Of a stretch of DNA of 64,000 bases, positions 61,901-64,000 are shown piece after piece. Positions within the stretch are counted from its first letter, which is position 1; every line of letters starts with the position of its first letter. The position numbers and the translations under genes are program-made. The stretch comes from Patellaria atrata CBS 101060 (lineage: Eukaryota), in NCBI GenBank assembly GCA_010093705.1, contig MU006097.1, forward strand, positions 259,905 through 323,904. Direction: 5' to 3'. The notes under the pieces were generated by a model. That model worked only from the letters and a program-made list of their open reading frames with translations, did no database searches and was not told the origin of the DNA.

Positions 61901-62700
61901 TGCATTCCTCTTAGTAATAAATCCACTTATACTGAACGAAAACATAGCTAGTTCTATAAGTTATATAAGACTCTTCTCCCACTCAAAAGAACCCTTCATT
62001 TTCCCACTGCTACACTACTACATGTCGAGATTGCTGTGAGGATGGAACGTATGTTAATGCACGTTTGGAGAGATCGCCCGCATGCTGTAGCGCAGAGATT
62101 GTGCACATGCATATCGGGCCAATATCAGCGCTACATGTCCTTGTGAACCATCTGGACCGCTGCAATAAGACATAGAGCCTGTTCAGAATCTGTTTTGAGT
62201 TATTGTTGAGTTACAATAGGGGTTTCGTACCAAAAAAAAAAGTCCCCTGGGTACGAAAGCCCTTTCCTTCCGCATCATCTATTAAAGTCTTCGATTCTAG
62301 GTTAGAGATCTTGTCATCTGATGCAAGGTCAATGTTAGATTAGAGTCTACGTCAGGAATAATGTGGCCTCGAAGGTCAAGTTGAAGAGCAAGCAGCAATT
62401 TTTCCCGAGGCTTGGCATCTCGCTAGCTTTATCTACCTCACCCTCCACTGTTTGTTAACATCTTCTCACTTGTCTGTAGATTCTGACTTTTGACATTCAA
62501 AAACAACGCTCCAGAATCTGATTATTACAACGCGTCGTTGGACAAACTTTGGAACTGAATAGCAGCAATACATCTGTGTGAGACCACGACTACTTTTTTC
62601 CTTGATTTCATCCACCTAGTAAAAGTATTTTGTACCGTTTCTTAGCTCCAGCACCTTCTCGAAAAATTGGACAGCTTGTTTGCATCACTTCAGAATCACA

Positions 62701-64000
62701 ATGGGCGATACTGCTTCATTACTTCAAGCTCACCGTGCCGACCCGAACACAATGGACCCAGAAACATTCGCAGCGTTGGCAAACTCCAGCAATAATGTCC
62801 AGCAAGAATCGCTTGACGTGATGCTGGGAAATATGCAGATTCAAAATGACAAACCCGAGGATTCTGGCGTATCATCTAAGGAAGAATTCTCAGATGAAAC
62901 TAGTGAAATGAAAGCCTTGGAGAAAATGCTCGAAGATCTTCTAGAACGTGGTAACACCCTGCTCGAAGAGATGAAGAAGTTCTCCTCTCTTTTGACAAAG
63001 GGGAAGAACACGTTGGTCAGTCGTTACATTCATGATGGTGTCAAGAAGGAGATCGAATCAATAGAGATGGTATAAAACGCTTTCATTTTTCTCTTCTGCT
63101 TGAATTACTCCTCATATTCCCAATTCCTGACAATCAATCCTCTTGACGTATCTCTATCACCACTAGAAAATAATCTTTCATATCTAATACTAGTTTCTAG
63201 GTGGGACAAGTATACATGCAGAAACCGGGAGTACAACAACGTCTCGAGTCAACCAATCTTCCCTTTCACGAGGCTGTATGGGAGACTGCCAAGCGTTGTG
63301 AAGGTGTCATCGCGCTGAACAAGGCTGTCCATGCTGATCCAACTCTTGGTTGGCATTCGACGTAAGTCATTAGGAATACCCCTTACTAAGTTCCCTATCT
63401 AACTTTTACTAGATATTTGACGTATCAGACACAACGTGATCGCGAGGGACGGAAGAAGATGACGATGATCCAGAAGCCATCGGAGAAACCGAAACAAGTG
63501 CACATAGACATCGTCGCTAGGAACGGACTAGAGTGGATCAAAGTATCCACCGTCACCGAAAAACGGTTACTATTCGAAATGGCCAAATTGGGCTGGAGGA
63601 ACGGCGAGGATTCGGATACCGAAACGCCAGAAGAAGAAGAGGACAAATTATCCCTCGTCAAGACCGCCGAAGATTGCTGTGTACGGGCAAAGGCGATACG
63701 AATCAACTATCGCAACCCCACTGTCCGTTTCGTCTTCACGAGGCTCCAACGAGGCCATACCGATGAGATCGACGACGTATTGGCCAAAATTGCGGCCACC
63801 GGCGCCATCGTACAGTGCGCCAACGAAATGTCCTCGCCGCCTACCTTCGAGGAGGCTCTGCCACGCATGCTGACGGCCGAATTCACCTCCTTCTCCCCCG
63901 TCCTCAACATCGACTGCACAATCCTCCTTGCCCTGGTCTCGGACGTCTCGCACCGTCCCGGCATCGAGGCCCCCTGGGTCAACAGCGCAGTCAAGAAGCA
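62701..64000 (+). CDS. DUF1308 / UPF0415 (C7orf25-like) protein, 3' end beyond the window
   Basis: STNLPFHEAVW, VHIDIVARNGLEWIKVSTVTEKRLLFEMAKLGW, LNIDCTILLALVSDVSH. Introns near 63070-63200 and 63362-63413. Confidence 0.85.

Noticed and set aside
62200..62420. AAAGTCCCC resembling the RNase MRP P4 strand
   Set aside because: No complementary 3' P4 strand (GGGGCT..) or P1-P3 framework found

Overview
Eukaryotic, intron-rich filamentous ascomycete (Pezizomycotina) DNA with one 365-N assembly gap. Positions 1-13.5 kb are accessory and repeat-rich. They hold a Helitron-like Rep/PIF1 gene inactivated by RIP-type mutations and an intact HET-6-like gene whose C-terminal insert carries a perfect IQ motif. 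A degenerate and an intact 5S rRNA copy bracket three related LTR-like segments, followed by TpA-rich relic DNA. Positions 13.8-26 kb hold five membrane or secreted-protein genes (PTH11-like receptor, APC permease, MATE, DUF1275, M28 carboxypeptidase), followed by a ~1.1 kb degenerate minisatellite. From 28.7 kb the window is mostly conserved genes: a WDR44-like WD40 protein, RNR2, RPC53, ALB1, an MFS transporter, ERp38/TigA PDI, HSBP1, a DIM-7/Raf2-like RFTS protein, an ATF-type bZIP, a Sec2-domain protein, SRP9/21 and DUF1308. Orphan genes, a tRNA-like relic and regulatory motif clusters are interspersed. All calls come from reading motifs and splice signals by eye; no searches were run. The best candidates for new biology are the HET-IQ fusion, the 5S/LTR arrangement, MCB boxes inside an RNR2 intron, and a quadruple-stop uORF before the DIM-7-like gene.
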